Positions 1 through 8,928 of a stretch of DNA of 64,000 nt are shown in pieces; the first letter of the stretch is position 1; each line of letters opens with the position of its first letter. The notes beneath the pieces were generated by a model, which searched no databases, was not told the DNA's origin, and saw nothing but the letters and a program-made list of their open reading frames with translations. The stretch spans positions 444,407 to 508,406 of the forward strand of contig CAWKCE010000005.1 of NCBI GenBank assembly GCA_963848085.1, read 5' to 3'. The stretch comes from an uncultured Actinomycetota bacterium (GTDB lineage: Bacteria > Actinomycetota > Actinomycetes > JAHEKZ01). Both the position numbers and the translations under genes were made by a program.

Positions 1-1208
1 ATGCGCGTGGCAATCTCGTCGGCGCGAAGACCAGACACCGTCATCTGCTCGATCGTCGGAGCGACCGACTCGAAGTCGACGTCCCACAGCCAGCCGAAGT
101 CCTCACCGTCGACGCGGGTGTTGCTGAGCGCGAGAAGGAGATTCCTCGGCTCCCCGGCTGCGAGGAGTGTGGACAGGTTGGTGTTGAAGGACGTGGGGTT
201 CTTGGCAAAGGCCAAGACGATCTCCCGGTCCCCCGCATGGACCGTCTCGAGCCGACCGAACGCGGCGCCCACATTCCGGAGGGAGGCGGCAGCATGTGCC
301 AGAGAATGCCCCGCGGCGACAACGGCCGCGACGGCGCCGGCCACGTCGTACGCGATGTGCAGACCTGGCTGGGGAACGGTGACCTCGATCTCCCCCTGCG
401 GAGTTCGCAACCGGAGTCGCGTGGACTCCAGCCCATCGAGCACGAGCTCGACCACGGCAACGTCGACCGGGGGCCGGGTGAAGTCGCATCGCTGGCAGCG
501 GTACCTCCCCAGGTGGCTGAGATAGACCTCGGAGTAGTCGAGGTCCCCGCGGCAGCGGGGGCAACGGATGCTGTCGGCCGCACTGGTGATCCGGCCGTAG
601 GACTGCTCGAGCTCCAGGCCGAACGTCAGCCGCCGGTGGACACCGCCAGCACCCAGCTCAGCAGTCAGCGGGTCGTCGGCGTTCACCACGATCACGGACT
701 CGTCCGGGAGGTGGCGGGCGGCGTAGGCAATCACGTCGGAGATGGCGTAGATCTCCCCGAAGCGGTCCAGCTGGTCGCGAAACAAGTTGGTGACGACCAG
801 GACGCGTGGGCTGGTCTCCGGCGCGACGAGCCGCAGCGCTCCTTCGTCCACCTCAGTGACCAACACAGTGCCTTCGGGGATCCGGCCGTTCCAGCCGGCG
901 GTCTGTACCGCCAGTGAGGTCACGCCCTGGACCAGGTTCGCGCCGTCCCGGTTCTGACTGACGGTGAGGCCCTCGCCGACGAGCATCTCGGTGATGAACC
1001 GGCTGGTGGTGGTCTTCCCGTTGCTCCCCGTCACCGCGATCACAGGCACGCCGGCGTCCCCCACGAGGTCGCGGAGCACGGTCGGGCTCACCCGGCGGGC
1101 GACCACGCCCGGCAGCGACGATCCGCCGCCCTTCCCGGTGACACGTGACGCTGCGCGCGCAGTCTTGCCGACAACAACGGCACCCACGCCACGAAGCCCC
1201 GGGTTCAC
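1..1208 (-). CDS. murT: Lipid II isoglutaminyl synthase subunit MurT (Mur ligase + DUF1727); 3' end runs off the window
   Basis: Manual translation from GTG 1208 (RBS GAGGAG): VTGSNGKTTT P-loop, EVDEG, NLFRDQLDRFGE, CPRC...CQRC zinc finger, KNP, WLWDVDFE. Absent from the ORF track because no stop lies in the window. Confidence 0.9.
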   Translation of the reverse strand, partial: MNPGLRGVGAVVVGKTARAASRVTGKGGGSSLPGVVARRVSPTVLRDLVGDAGVPVIAVTGSNGKTTTSRFITEMLVGEGLTVSQNRDGANLVQGVTSLAVQTAGWNGRIPEGTVLVTEVDEGALRLVAPETSPRVLVVTNLFRDQLDRFGEIYAISDVIAYAARHLPDESVIVVNADDPLTAELGAGGVHRRLTFGLELEQSYGRITSAADSIRCPRCRGDLDYSEVYLSHLGRYRCQRCDFTRPPVDVAVVELVLDGLESTRLRLRTPQGEIEVTVPQPGLHIAYDVAGAVAAVVAAGHSLAHAAASLRNVGAAFGRLETVHAGDREIVLAFAKNPTSFNTNLSTLLAAGEPRNLLLALSNTRVDGEDFGWLWDVDFESVAPTIEQMTVSGLRADEIATR

Positions 1209-1537
1209 ACTCGTCTCCTCGCCTTGTTGCGGGGTCCGGAAGCCCCGCCGTCCACCCCCACCACTCTAGGTGGCACCTGGCCGGAGGACCGGCATCGCGC
1301 GGCCCAGGCAGGCTGTCCGACATCCCATTCCATCGGATGGACGCAACCACGAGCGGCGGCCTTCAGATCACGTCGCACCCGTCGGCAGCACGAAGGTAGG
1401 TCGCGCGGTCGCCCCGACTGACCTTCAGCACCCCCGCAGTGCAGCGACAGGTGGGCCCTTGGCCAATGACGAGCTGGTGATGACTGTCGTCGAGGACGAC
1501 CGCTTTGACCGCGCCAACGTCCTGGCCGGCAGTTCCT

Positions 1538-1576
1538 CCGCCCCGGGGAGTCGAACCCCAGGCCTACGCATTTCGA
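1538..1576 (-). repeat. Degenerate copy of the tRNA-Thr 3' half (att-like scar)
   Basis: ccgccccggggagtcgaaccccaggcctacgcatttcga matches the tRNA segment ccgccttggggaatcgaaccccagacctacgcattacga at 34/39. Confidence 0.8.
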
Positions 1577-1579
1577 AGG

Positions 1580-1714
1580 GACCGCGATCACATCGTCCTC
1601 GCCCAGCTCGTAGCCCTTGGCAATCTGGTAGTGGGGACGTTCCTCGCCGTCGACCGAGCAGAACCGGCGATACTTCATCCAACCGCCGCCGGCCCTGTGC
1701 ACGCGGCGCAGTAG
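1580..1714 (-). pseudogene. Fragment of NHEJ protein Ku (N-terminal region)
   Basis: Translates as LRRVHRAGGGWMKYRRFCSVDGEERPHYQIAKGYELGEDDVIAV, resembling the Ku motif FRQVH-DGGRIKYKRVC-DGEEV-DIAKGYE; the rest of the gene is absent. Confidence 0.7.
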
Positions 1715-1759
1715 ATGGCCCGTTCCTCGGTAGCCGAGGCCAACGATCAGGAGATCTCG

Positions 1760-3469
1760 TTGTCGCAGCCCGAAGCCCCTACGAGCACAAACCTCGGCCT
1801 GACGCGCATCTTCCCGATCCTCGAGTGGGCGCCCCGCTACCAGAAGACATGGCTTCGCCCGGACCTGATCGCCGGACTGACTGTGGCGGCCTTGGTGGTA
1901 CCCAAGTCGCTGGGCTATGCGGGCATTGCCGGGGTGCCCCTTCAGTACGGCCTGTACGCGGCGGCGGCGGGCGCAACGCTGTACGCCCTCTTGGGAACCA
2001 GCCGGCAGATCGCCACCGGGCCGAGTTCGGCGCTGGCCGCGGTCGCAGCCGGCGCGGTGGTCAGCGCCGGCTCGGCCAACGGGGACGCGCTGAAGATGGT
2101 CGCTTCGATCACCCTCCTCTCGGGGATCTTCTTCGCGGCGCTCGCTGTGTTTCGGATGGGCTGGATCTCGCAGTTCCTCTCCAAGGCGGTGATCACCGGC
2201 TTCTTGTTCGGCGCCGGCATCCAGGTCGCCATCAGTGAGCTCGCGAGCATCACCGGGACCAAGGAGGACGGCTCGAACAGCTGGCAACAGCTGGGGACCT
2301 GGTTCAGCGGCCTCGCAGACACCAACGGGACGACGTTGGCGGTCGGCCTGGTGTCGCTCGTCGTCATATTCGGGCTGCGTTTCACCGTGCCACGCGTGCC
2401 AGGGGCCCTGGTGCTGGTGGTGGGGGGCCTGCTGGCGTCAGTCCTGCTCGACCTGTCGGGCAAGGGCGTCGCGCTGGTCGGGGAGGTGCCCAGTGGCTTG
2501 CCGACAGTCGTCTTGCCCGACCTCGACTACGTCAGCTCGAACCTGCCGGCCATCTCGACGGCTGCTACTGCCCTGCTGCTCATCGGCTTTTCGCAGACTG
2601 CCGGGGACGCGCGGGCTTTCGCCTCGAAGCACCGGTATCAGGTTGACATCAACCAGGAGTCCCTTGCCCAGGGCGTGGCCAACGCCGGGTCCGGACTCAT
2701 CCAGGGCATCCCCGTCTCCGCCAGCCTGTCGTCCAGCTCGCTGAACGACCAGTCTGGCGCCAAGACCCAGCTGGCATCACTCGTCACCGGAGCGTTGGCG
2801 CTGTTAACTCTGCTGTTTCTGGCCCCGGTCTTCTCCGACCTGCCGAAGCCCGTGCTCGCGGCGTTGATCATCGAGGCAGTGGTCATGGGCATGATGGATG
2901 TCGCGAGCATGCGGCGGTTGTTCCGCGTGAAGCGGACGGACTTCTGGATCGCCACTGCCGCACTGGTCGGGGTGCTCAGCGCGGGTGTGCTGGCTGGCGT
3001 CATCATCGGGATCGCCTTATCGATGGTCTGGCTGGTCTATGTGTCCGCCGTCCCCGAGATGCCCGTGATGGGCAAGGATCCGGACGCGCCGGTGTTCCGA
3101 AGCACAGTCGCGTACCCGGACAGCCAGACCTTCCCCGGACTGGTCGTACTCGGGTTCGACGGAGGGCTGTTCTTCGTCGATGCTGACGCTCTCGAGGACC
3201 GGGTCAGAGGATTGGCCCAGCAGTCGGACCAGCCGCTGCGGGTCCTCGTGCTGGACTTCGAGGGCATCAACTACATGGACTCGCAGGGTGCGGGAACCGT
3301 GGCGAAGCTGGTCGACCTTGCCACGACGCACGACGTCCAGCTGCGGCTGGCGCGGCTCAAGCCACAGGCGTTCGAGGTACTGCAACGCGACGGGGTCATC
3401 GACCGGATCGGCAGGGACAACATCCACGACACCGTCTACGGGGCGTCCCGGGACCAGATCGACAGCTAG
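1760..3469 (+). CDS. SulP family anion transporter with STAS domain
   Basis: DLIAGLTVAALVVPKSLGYAGIAG, GLYAA, SRQIATGP, NQES, C-terminal STAS (LDFEGINYMDSQG). RBS AGGAG favours TTG 1760; the ORF track starts at 1715. Confidence 0.93.
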   Translation: MSQPEAPTSTNLGLTRIFPILEWAPRYQKTWLRPDLIAGLTVAALVVPKSLGYAGIAGVPLQYGLYAAAAGATLYALLGTSRQIATGPSSALAAVAAGAVVSAGSANGDALKMVASITLLSGIFFAALAVFRMGWISQFLSKAVITGFLFGAGIQVAISELASITGTKEDGSNSWQQLGTWFSGLADTNGTTLAVGLVSLVVIFGLRFTVPRVPGALVLVVGGLLASVLLDLSGKGVALVGEVPSGLPTVVLPDLDYVSSNLPAISTAATALLLIGFSQTAGDARAFASKHRYQVDINQESLAQGVANAGSGLIQGIPVSASLSSSSLNDQSGAKTQLASLVTGALALLTLLFLAPVFSDLPKPVLAALIIEAVVMGMMDVASMRRLFRVKRTDFWIATAALVGVLSAGVLAGVIIGIALSMVWLVYVSAVPEMPVMGKDPDAPVFRSTVAYPDSQTFPGLVVLGFDGGLFFVDADALEDRVRGLAQQSDQPLRVLVLDFEGINYMDSQGAGTVAKLVDLATTHDVQLRLARLKPQAFEVLQRDGVIDRIGRDNIHDTVYGASRDQIDS

Positions 3470-3525
3470 CCTGCCGCGTGCTCGCACGTTGGATCACGGG
3501 CCGCGCAGCCACCACACCCGCGATC

Positions 3526-3563
3526 TGGAGCCGCCTTGGGGAATCGAACCCCAGACCTACGCA
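3526..3563 (-). repeat. Exact tandem duplication of the tRNA-Thr 3' 38 bp
   Basis: tggagccgccttggggaatcgaaccccagacctacgca at 3526-3563 is identical to 3564-3601. Confidence 0.95.
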
Positions 3564-3640
3564 TGGAGCCGCCTTGGGGAATCGAACCCCAGACCTACGC
3601 ATTACGAGTGCGTCGCTCTGGCCAACTGAGCTAAGGCGGC
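3564..3640 (-). tRNA. tRNA-Thr(CGT)
   Basis: GCCGCCTTAGCTCAGTTGG...ACGCA-CT-CGT-AA-TGCGT...GGTTCGATTCC...GGCGGCTCCA; CCA encoded. Confidence 0.97.
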
Positions 3641-3978
3641 GTGCTCTCCGAGGAGCCGAGAGCGAGAATTGAGTCTAGCCCGAACCCCGGTCGGCCTTCC
3701 CCAGCGGGAGCTGGGCAGCGCCGGTCGCCCCCGGCGCCACCTCCGGGCTGGATCTCCCGCGCGGGCCGGGTCGACACCCACCGTCGAGCACCTCTGCCAG
3801 CGGGGAGTCCAAGATGGAGACCACACCGTCGGAGCTGTCCCTCGGACCGCCGCCGGTGATCATCCCCGCGACCAACGCCGCGAGCACGAGCACGACGCCC
3901 TCGGCCAGGTGCGGAGGCGTCCTGAGGAGACTTCTGCGCGATGGGCTCCAGCTGGACCGACCCAATACTTCGGCGAGG

Positions 3979-5514
3979 TCAGCAGGTGGTCCCGTCCTTC
4001 GGGACAACACCGTCGATGAGATACGCGTCTACGGTGTCGTCAATGCACGCGTTGCCCGACGTGTAGGCGGTGTGGCCGTCTCCGTCTCGGCTCAGCAGGA
4101 CGCCGGAATCCAGCTGCCTGGCCAGCGAGACCGCCCACTCGTACGGGGTGGCGGGGTCGCGCGTCGTACCGATCACGAGGATCGGGCTCGCCCCCTTGGC
4201 CCGAAGCTTCTGCGGGAACGAAGCATCGCCGACTGGCCAGTCGGCGCATCCCGCACCCGCCCACGCGAACCACTCACCAAACAACGGTGACACCGACACG
4301 AACCGTGGCACAAGTGTGCGGATCTGCCGCACGGACAGCGTCTCGGGCCGGTCGGTGCAGCTGATCGCCGGGAAGGCCTCGTTGACGTTGCTGGAATACG
4401 TACCGTCGCTGTTCCGCTCGCTGTACGAGTCGGCCAGAGCCAGCAGCAAGGTCCCGTCGCCGTTGAAGGCACGTGCCAGGGCAAGTCGCAGCGTCGGCCA
4501 ACCCTGGGCCTCGCTGTACATGGCGGCGACCACTCCGAGCTGTGCCAGCGACTCCGTGACCGGCCGGCCGCTGTCCGAAGCGAGGGGCCGCAAGTCGGCT
4601 GCGGCGAACAGGTCCGCGAGCTGCCCCAACGCCGCCTCACGGGTCGGACCCACCGCGCAGCCGTCCCGCGCAATGCAGTCGTCGACGAACGCCGTAATGG
4701 CCCGTTGGAAGCCCTCCAGCTGACCGACTGCCAGCTCAGTACCTGACACCTTCGGGTCGAGTGCCCCGTCCAGCACAAACCGCCCCACCCGCTCGGGGAA
4801 CAGCTCGGCGTAGGTCGCACCGAGCTCCGTGCCGTAGGACGCTCCGAAGTAGTCGGCCTGACGCTCGCCCAGCACGGACCGAAGGATGTCCATGTCGCGA
4901 GCCGAGTCGAAAGTCCCGATGTGCGGAAGCAGTCCTCCAGACCCTCGCTCGCAGCCCGCGGTGAAGCCGCGGAACATGCGCCTCAGCTGGCCCACCTCGG
5001 TTGGGGAGTCGGGCGTTCCGTCCGCCGCGATGAAGGCGTCGGTCTGGCTGTCCGACAGGCACTCCACTGCGGTGCTGTCGCCCACGCCACGCGGATCCCA
5101 GCCAACGATGTCGTAGACGTCGACGACCTCCGGAGAGAAGTAGAAGTCCGCGTTCTGGGCGTAGCCCTTGCCGGACACTCCCGGGCCACCCGGGTTGACC
5201 AACAGCGAGCCGATCCGGTCGCGCGAGGAGTTCGCTGGTCGCCGGAGGGCGGCAAGCTTGATGCTCCGACCGGCCGGGTCGGTGTAGTCGAGCGGCACCC
5301 GAATCTGGGCGCACTCGAAGTCCCCGCATGTCGACCACTTCACCGACTGGTCGTAGTACACGCGCAGCGCCGAGTCGGCGGGCTTGGTCGACTCCAACGC
5401 TGACGACTCGCCGGCGTTCGGCGTCCTCGGGGCGGCGTCTCCCGAGCATGCGCTGGCCAGCAGTGTCAGTACCCCGACAACGCCGACGAGAGCGGCTCGA
5501 CCCCGACGACTCAC
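3979..5514 (-). CDS. Lipoprotein alpha/beta hydrolase (TAP-like tripeptidyl peptidase, Hip1-like)
   Basis: Lipobox LASAC, NPGGPG, GWDPRGVG, GASYG nucleophile, DPATP, GDGHTAY. GTG 5514 overlaps the upstream stop. Confidence 0.9.
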   Translation of the reverse strand: MSRRGRAALVGVVGVLTLLASACSGDAAPRTPNAGESSALESTKPADSALRVYYDQSVKWSTCGDFECAQIRVPLDYTDPAGRSIKLAALRRPANSSRDRIGSLLVNPGGPGVSGKGYAQNADFYFSPEVVDVYDIVGWDPRGVGDSTAVECLSDSQTDAFIAADGTPDSPTEVGQLRRMFRGFTAGCERGSGGLLPHIGTFDSARDMDILRSVLGERQADYFGASYGTELGATYAELFPERVGRFVLDGALDPKVSGTELAVGQLEGFQRAITAFVDDCIARDGCAVGPTREAALGQLADLFAAADLRPLASDSGRPVTESLAQLGVVAAMYSEAQGWPTLRLALARAFNGDGTLLLALADSYSERNSDGTYSSNVNEAFPAISCTDRPETLSVRQIRTLVPRFVSVSPLFGEWFAWAGAGCADWPVGDASFPQKLRAKGASPILVIGTTRDPATPYEWAVSLARQLDSGVLLSRDGDGHTAYTSGNACIDDTVDAYLIDGVVPKDGTTC

Positions 5515-6197
5515 TGACGCGTACCGGGCAACACCGACTGCAGCCACGTGACCAGGCCGTTGGGGTTGCGACTCTGCGTCACGACCCGGCCCGGACCGCT
5601 GAAGTCCATCACCAGACCTTCGCCGGACTTCAGCATCTGCATGACCCCGCTGGTGGCCTTTCGGGTGCGCACCTGAACGCTGGCGTCGTAGGCAACCAGG
5701 TGGCCCGAGTCGCACGTGAACCCTTGGCCCTCCTGCAGGTCGTGCAGGTCCAAGGCTCCGTAGGCTCCCAGCACCACCGTCCCCTGCCCCGACGCGTGCA
5801 GCACGAACGCACCCTCGCCACCGGCGAAGGTCTGGAAACCGCCCCACTTGGTGTCCAGCTCGACGCCAACAGCGTTTCCCAGCCACGACCCGCGCGTGAT
5901 GACGAGGTCGCGTCCCGGAAGGACGTCGGTCACCCAGATGTCGCCGGGAAGGTTGGCCGCGATGTCCACCCAGCCGGCTGCCTGCGGGTGTGCGGTGAAC
6001 GTAGTGACGAACAGCGACTCGCCACCAAGGACGCCCCGCTTGAAGGCGCCGGCAAGCCCGCCCCGCATCGCCGCCTCGAGGGTGACTCCGAGCGAGTGCA
6101 TGGCCATTGCCCCGGACTCGGCGCGAAGCTGCTCACCGGGGTCAAGGAACACCCGGGCGATGGCGAAACTCGGCTGGTGACGGATCTCGACGCGCAT
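5511..6197 (-). CDS. TIGR00266/AIM24 family protein
   Basis: AESGAM, GGESLFVTTF, GGEGAF, DSGHLVAYD, SGEGLVMDFSGPG, QSRN. Confidence 0.9.
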   Translation of the reverse strand: MRVEIRHQPSFAIARVFLDPGEQLRAESGAMAMHSLGVTLEAAMRGGLAGAFKRGVLGGESLFVTTFTAHPQAAGWVDIAANLPGDIWVTDVLPGRDLVITRGSWLGNAVGVELDTKWGGFQTFAGGEGAFVLHASGQGTVVLGAYGALDLHDLQEGQGFTCDSGHLVAYDASVQVRTRKATSGVMQMLKSGEGLVMDFSGPGRVVTQSRNPNGLVTWLQSVLPGTRQ

Positions 6198-6221
6198 GGT
6201 GCTCTCCTCGTCACGTCATTG

Positions 6222-7382
6222 TCATGGTGCGTGCAGGCCAATCATGAGGTTCTCAACGGTAAGCAGCGGGTTGGCGTTGGATCCCAGCTGCTCCCGGGCG
6301 CGGCCGATCGCGTCCATGCGGTCGACGGTCTCCTCCGGCGTCGACGAGCTGGCGAGCCGCTGCAGAGCGGGGCCGAGCTCTCCGTTGACCGGCGGAACGT
6401 CGGCTCCCAGTTGCAGGACGAGCACGTCCCGGTAGAGAGAGAGCAGGTCCAGCAGTGACCGGTCCAGCTGGTCGCGCAGGGACCGCTTGGCACGCTTCTT
6501 CTGCGCGTCGCGGAGCTGTGTGAACTGGGGGCGAGCCCACGGCGGTGGGTTGTTCGCGTTAGGGACACCAAGGGCGCGTGCTAGCTCGCGCCGCTCGCCG
6601 CCGTCTCGGGCCTTCACCTGCTCATTCGCGCGTTCTGTCGCGGCACCGACGAGCTCACCGGCTGCCGCCAGCAAGGACCTGAGATCGCCGAGGTGAGTCG
6701 GGAGCTCCAGCACCATGGACCGCTGCAGCCGGGTCGACTCGTCCGTCGCCAGACCGCGAGCCCGCCCGATGTGGCCCTGCGACGCGCGAGCGGCGAAGGC
6801 AGCCATTGCCGGGTCGATCCCGTCTTCGTCGACCAGGTAGCGGGCGACAGCCTCGGTCGACGGCGTGGTGAGCGAGACAACCCGGCAGCGCGACCTGATG
6901 GTCGGAAGCACGTCCTCCGCCGTCGGCACGGAGAGCAGCCAGACCGCGTGGGGCGTCGGCTCCTCGAGCTGCTTGAGGAGCGCGTTGTTGGCAGCGTCCG
7001 TCAGCCGGTCGGCGTCCTCGACCACGAGCACCCGCCACCTGCCCCCGCTGGGCATGGCCGCGGCATCCATGCCCAGCTCGCGCGCCGCATCCACTCCGAT
7101 GGACAGCGCCATCGTCGACGCCACGGTGACATCGGCGTGCGTGCCCTTCAGGCCCGTCACGCAGTCGTGGCAGGTCCCGCAACCGCCAGCCGTGCACTGC
7201 AGGGCGGCCGCGAAGGCGCGGGCTGCCGTCGACCGTCCGGACCCCGGAGGTCCGGTGAACAACCATGCTTGCGTCATGCCGTGGCCGGGACCGCCGGCGA
7301 GGGAGTCCTGCGCTCCCGCCACTGCCTGCTCGAGGACCCGGACGACGTGCGGCTGTCCGACCAGCCGGTCGAAGACGCTCAT
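6222..7382 (-). CDS. holB: DNA polymerase III subunit delta'
   Basis: AWLFTGPPGSGRS, CGTCHDC, DADRLT, NALLKQLEEP, PTIRSRC. Confidence 0.95.
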   Translation of the reverse strand: MSVFDRLVGQPHVVRVLEQAVAGAQDSLAGGPGHGMTQAWLFTGPPGSGRSTAARAFAAALQCTAGGCGTCHDCVTGLKGTHADVTVASTMALSIGVDAARELGMDAAAMPSGGRWRVLVVEDADRLTDAANNALLKQLEEPTPHAVWLLSVPTAEDVLPTIRSRCRVVSLTTPSTEAVARYLVDEDGIDPAMAAFAARASQGHIGRARGLATDESTRLQRSMVLELPTHLGDLRSLLAAAGELVGAATERANEQVKARDGGERRELARALGVPNANNPPPWARPQFTQLRDAQKKRAKRSLRDQLDRSLLDLLSLYRDVLVLQLGADVPPVNGELGPALQRLASSSTPEETVDRMDAIGRAREQLGSNANPLLTVENLMIGLHAP

Positions 7383-7999
7383 GTCAGCAGCTCCGCGACC
7401 CGACTGCGAACCTGCGCATGGATCTCGTCTGGGCCGCGGGCGGCGTCCACGACGAGGTAACGCTGCGGTGCCGCCGCCGCGAGCGTACGGAAACCGTCCC
7501 TCACCCGTCGGTGAAACGCCAGGGGCTCCGCCTCGAGTCGGTCGGCCGGAGTGTCGAACCGCTGCAGGCCGACCTCGGGGTCGACGTCGAGAAGCACGGT
7601 GAGGTTCGGGAGCAGGCCGTCCGTCGCCCAGCGTGAGAGTCGGGCGACGTCATCGGCCGCCAGCTCTCGGCCCGCGCCCTGGTAGGCGATCGACGAGTCC
7701 AGGTATCGGTCGGTGACGACGACCATGCCTTCGGAGAGGGCGGGAGCAACCACCGTGGCAACATGCTCCGCCCGGTCGGCGGCGTACAGCAGGGCCTCGG
7801 TCCGAGGCGCTAGCTCACCGGTCTCGTGGCCCAGCAGAACCGCGCGCAGCCGCTCGCCGACTGCGGTGTCTCCGGGCTCGAACGTGACGAGCACGCCGTG
7901 ACCGGAGTCGCGGAGCCAGTCGTGCAGGAGCCGGACCTGGGTGCTCTTGCCCGCCCCCTCGCCGCCCTCGAAGGCGATGAACACGCCGCGTCCGCTCAC
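7379..7999 (-). CDS. tmk: dTMP kinase
   Basis: FIAFEGGEGAGKSTQ, TFEPG, DRAEH, TDRYLDSSIAYQG; likely leaderless GTG at 7999. Confidence 0.95.
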   Translation of the reverse strand: MSGRGVFIAFEGGEGAGKSTQVRLLHDWLRDSGHGVLVTFEPGDTAVGERLRAVLLGHETGELAPRTEALLYAADRAEHVATVVAPALSEGMVVVTDRYLDSSIAYQGAGRELAADDVARLSRWATDGLLPNLTVLLDVDPEVGLQRFDTPADRLEAEPLAFHRRVRDGFRTLAAAAPQRYLVVDAARGPDEIHAQVRSRVAELLT

Positions 8000-8088
8000 G
8001 CCGACGACCCTATGCGACACCCCCGACGACCCCGAGCCCCCTGTGGACAGCGCCAACGGATCGCGCGGAACGCGAGCAGGCTCTCTCG

Positions 8089-8871
8089 ATGCCCGGGAAC
8101 CAACCTCGTCGCGACGTCCTTCCCCCGTCGCTCGCCCGGCTTGCCAGCCGCAACCACGGCGTCGTGGGCCGACGTCAGCTGAGAGAGGCCGGGCTGAGCG
8201 CCAAGCGGGAGCGGGGGCTTCGCGAACGGCGGCAGCTGCAGCCGGTTCTCGGCCACACATACGTGGTGGCCGGGCAGCCGGTCACCGTGTGGCAGCGTGC
8301 CTCGGCCGCCTATCTGATCTGCCGGGGGGTTGCCAGCCACGCCACCGCTGCTGAGCTCCACGCAATGCCCACGGCACGGGATCGGCGGACGCACTGCATC
8401 GTCGTGGCGAAATCGCACCCCTCGGTCGACGGGCTGGCGGCCCACCGCACACCCCTTCTCGACTCCGAGATCGAGGCGGCGGTGAGTCGACGCCGAGGAT
8501 GGCACGGAACCCCGCAGCTGACCGAGGTGTTCCGGCTCCTGTGCGACGGCGGCCGCTCTGCCGGCGAGCGACTGCTGCACTCGGCGCTGCGTGGGGCAGG
8601 CATCGACGGGTGGGTGGTCAACGTCGTGATCGACGGCCTCGGCGAGGTAGACGTGCTGTTCCCAGAAGTCCGACTAGTGGTCGAGGTGGACGGGTTCGCC
8701 GTCCACAACCAGCGAGCGGCGTTCAACCGCGACCGCCGCAAGGGCCGCGCGATGGTCCTGGCCGGGTACACCGTGCTGCACGTGACGTGGGACGACCTCA
8801 CCCGGCAGCCAGAGGCGGTCGTGGCGCAGATCGCAGAGACCCGACGCCGCCTGGCGGTGTCACCCGCGTGA
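8089..8871 (+). CDS. AbiEi-like N-terminus / DUF559 (Vsr-like endonuclease) protein, apparently internally shortened
   Basis: ASRNHGVVGRRQL N-terminus, ASHATAAELH, SAGE, VDVLFPEVRLVVEVDGFAVH, DRRK, GYTVLHVTWDDL. Confidence 0.8.
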   Translation: MPGNQPRRDVLPPSLARLASRNHGVVGRRQLREAGLSAKRERGLRERRQLQPVLGHTYVVAGQPVTVWQRASAAYLICRGVASHATAAELHAMPTARDRRTHCIVVAKSHPSVDGLAAHRTPLLDSEIEAAVSRRRGWHGTPQLTEVFRLLCDGGRSAGERLLHSALRGAGIDGWVVNVVIDGLGEVDVLFPEVRLVVEVDGFAVHNQRAAFNRDRRKGRAMVLAGYTVLHVTWDDLTRQPEAVVAQIAETRRRLAVSPA

Positions 8872-8879
8872 CGAACTTC

Positions 8880-8917
8880 CGGTGGAATCGCGCCCAAAAC
8901 GGGCCGATTCCCACCGC
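8880..8917. repeat. Imperfect inverted repeat between the convergent DUF559 and topA genes
   Basis: cggtggaatcg-cgcccaaaacgggc-cgattcccaccg; possible terminator or DUF559-associated palindrome. Confidence 0.55.
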
Positions 8918-8928
8918 AGCCGCTCGAG

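Noticed and set aside
3526-3601. 38-bp repeat pair as a CRISPR array
   Set aside because: No spacers, the sequence is tRNA-derived, and there are no cas genes.
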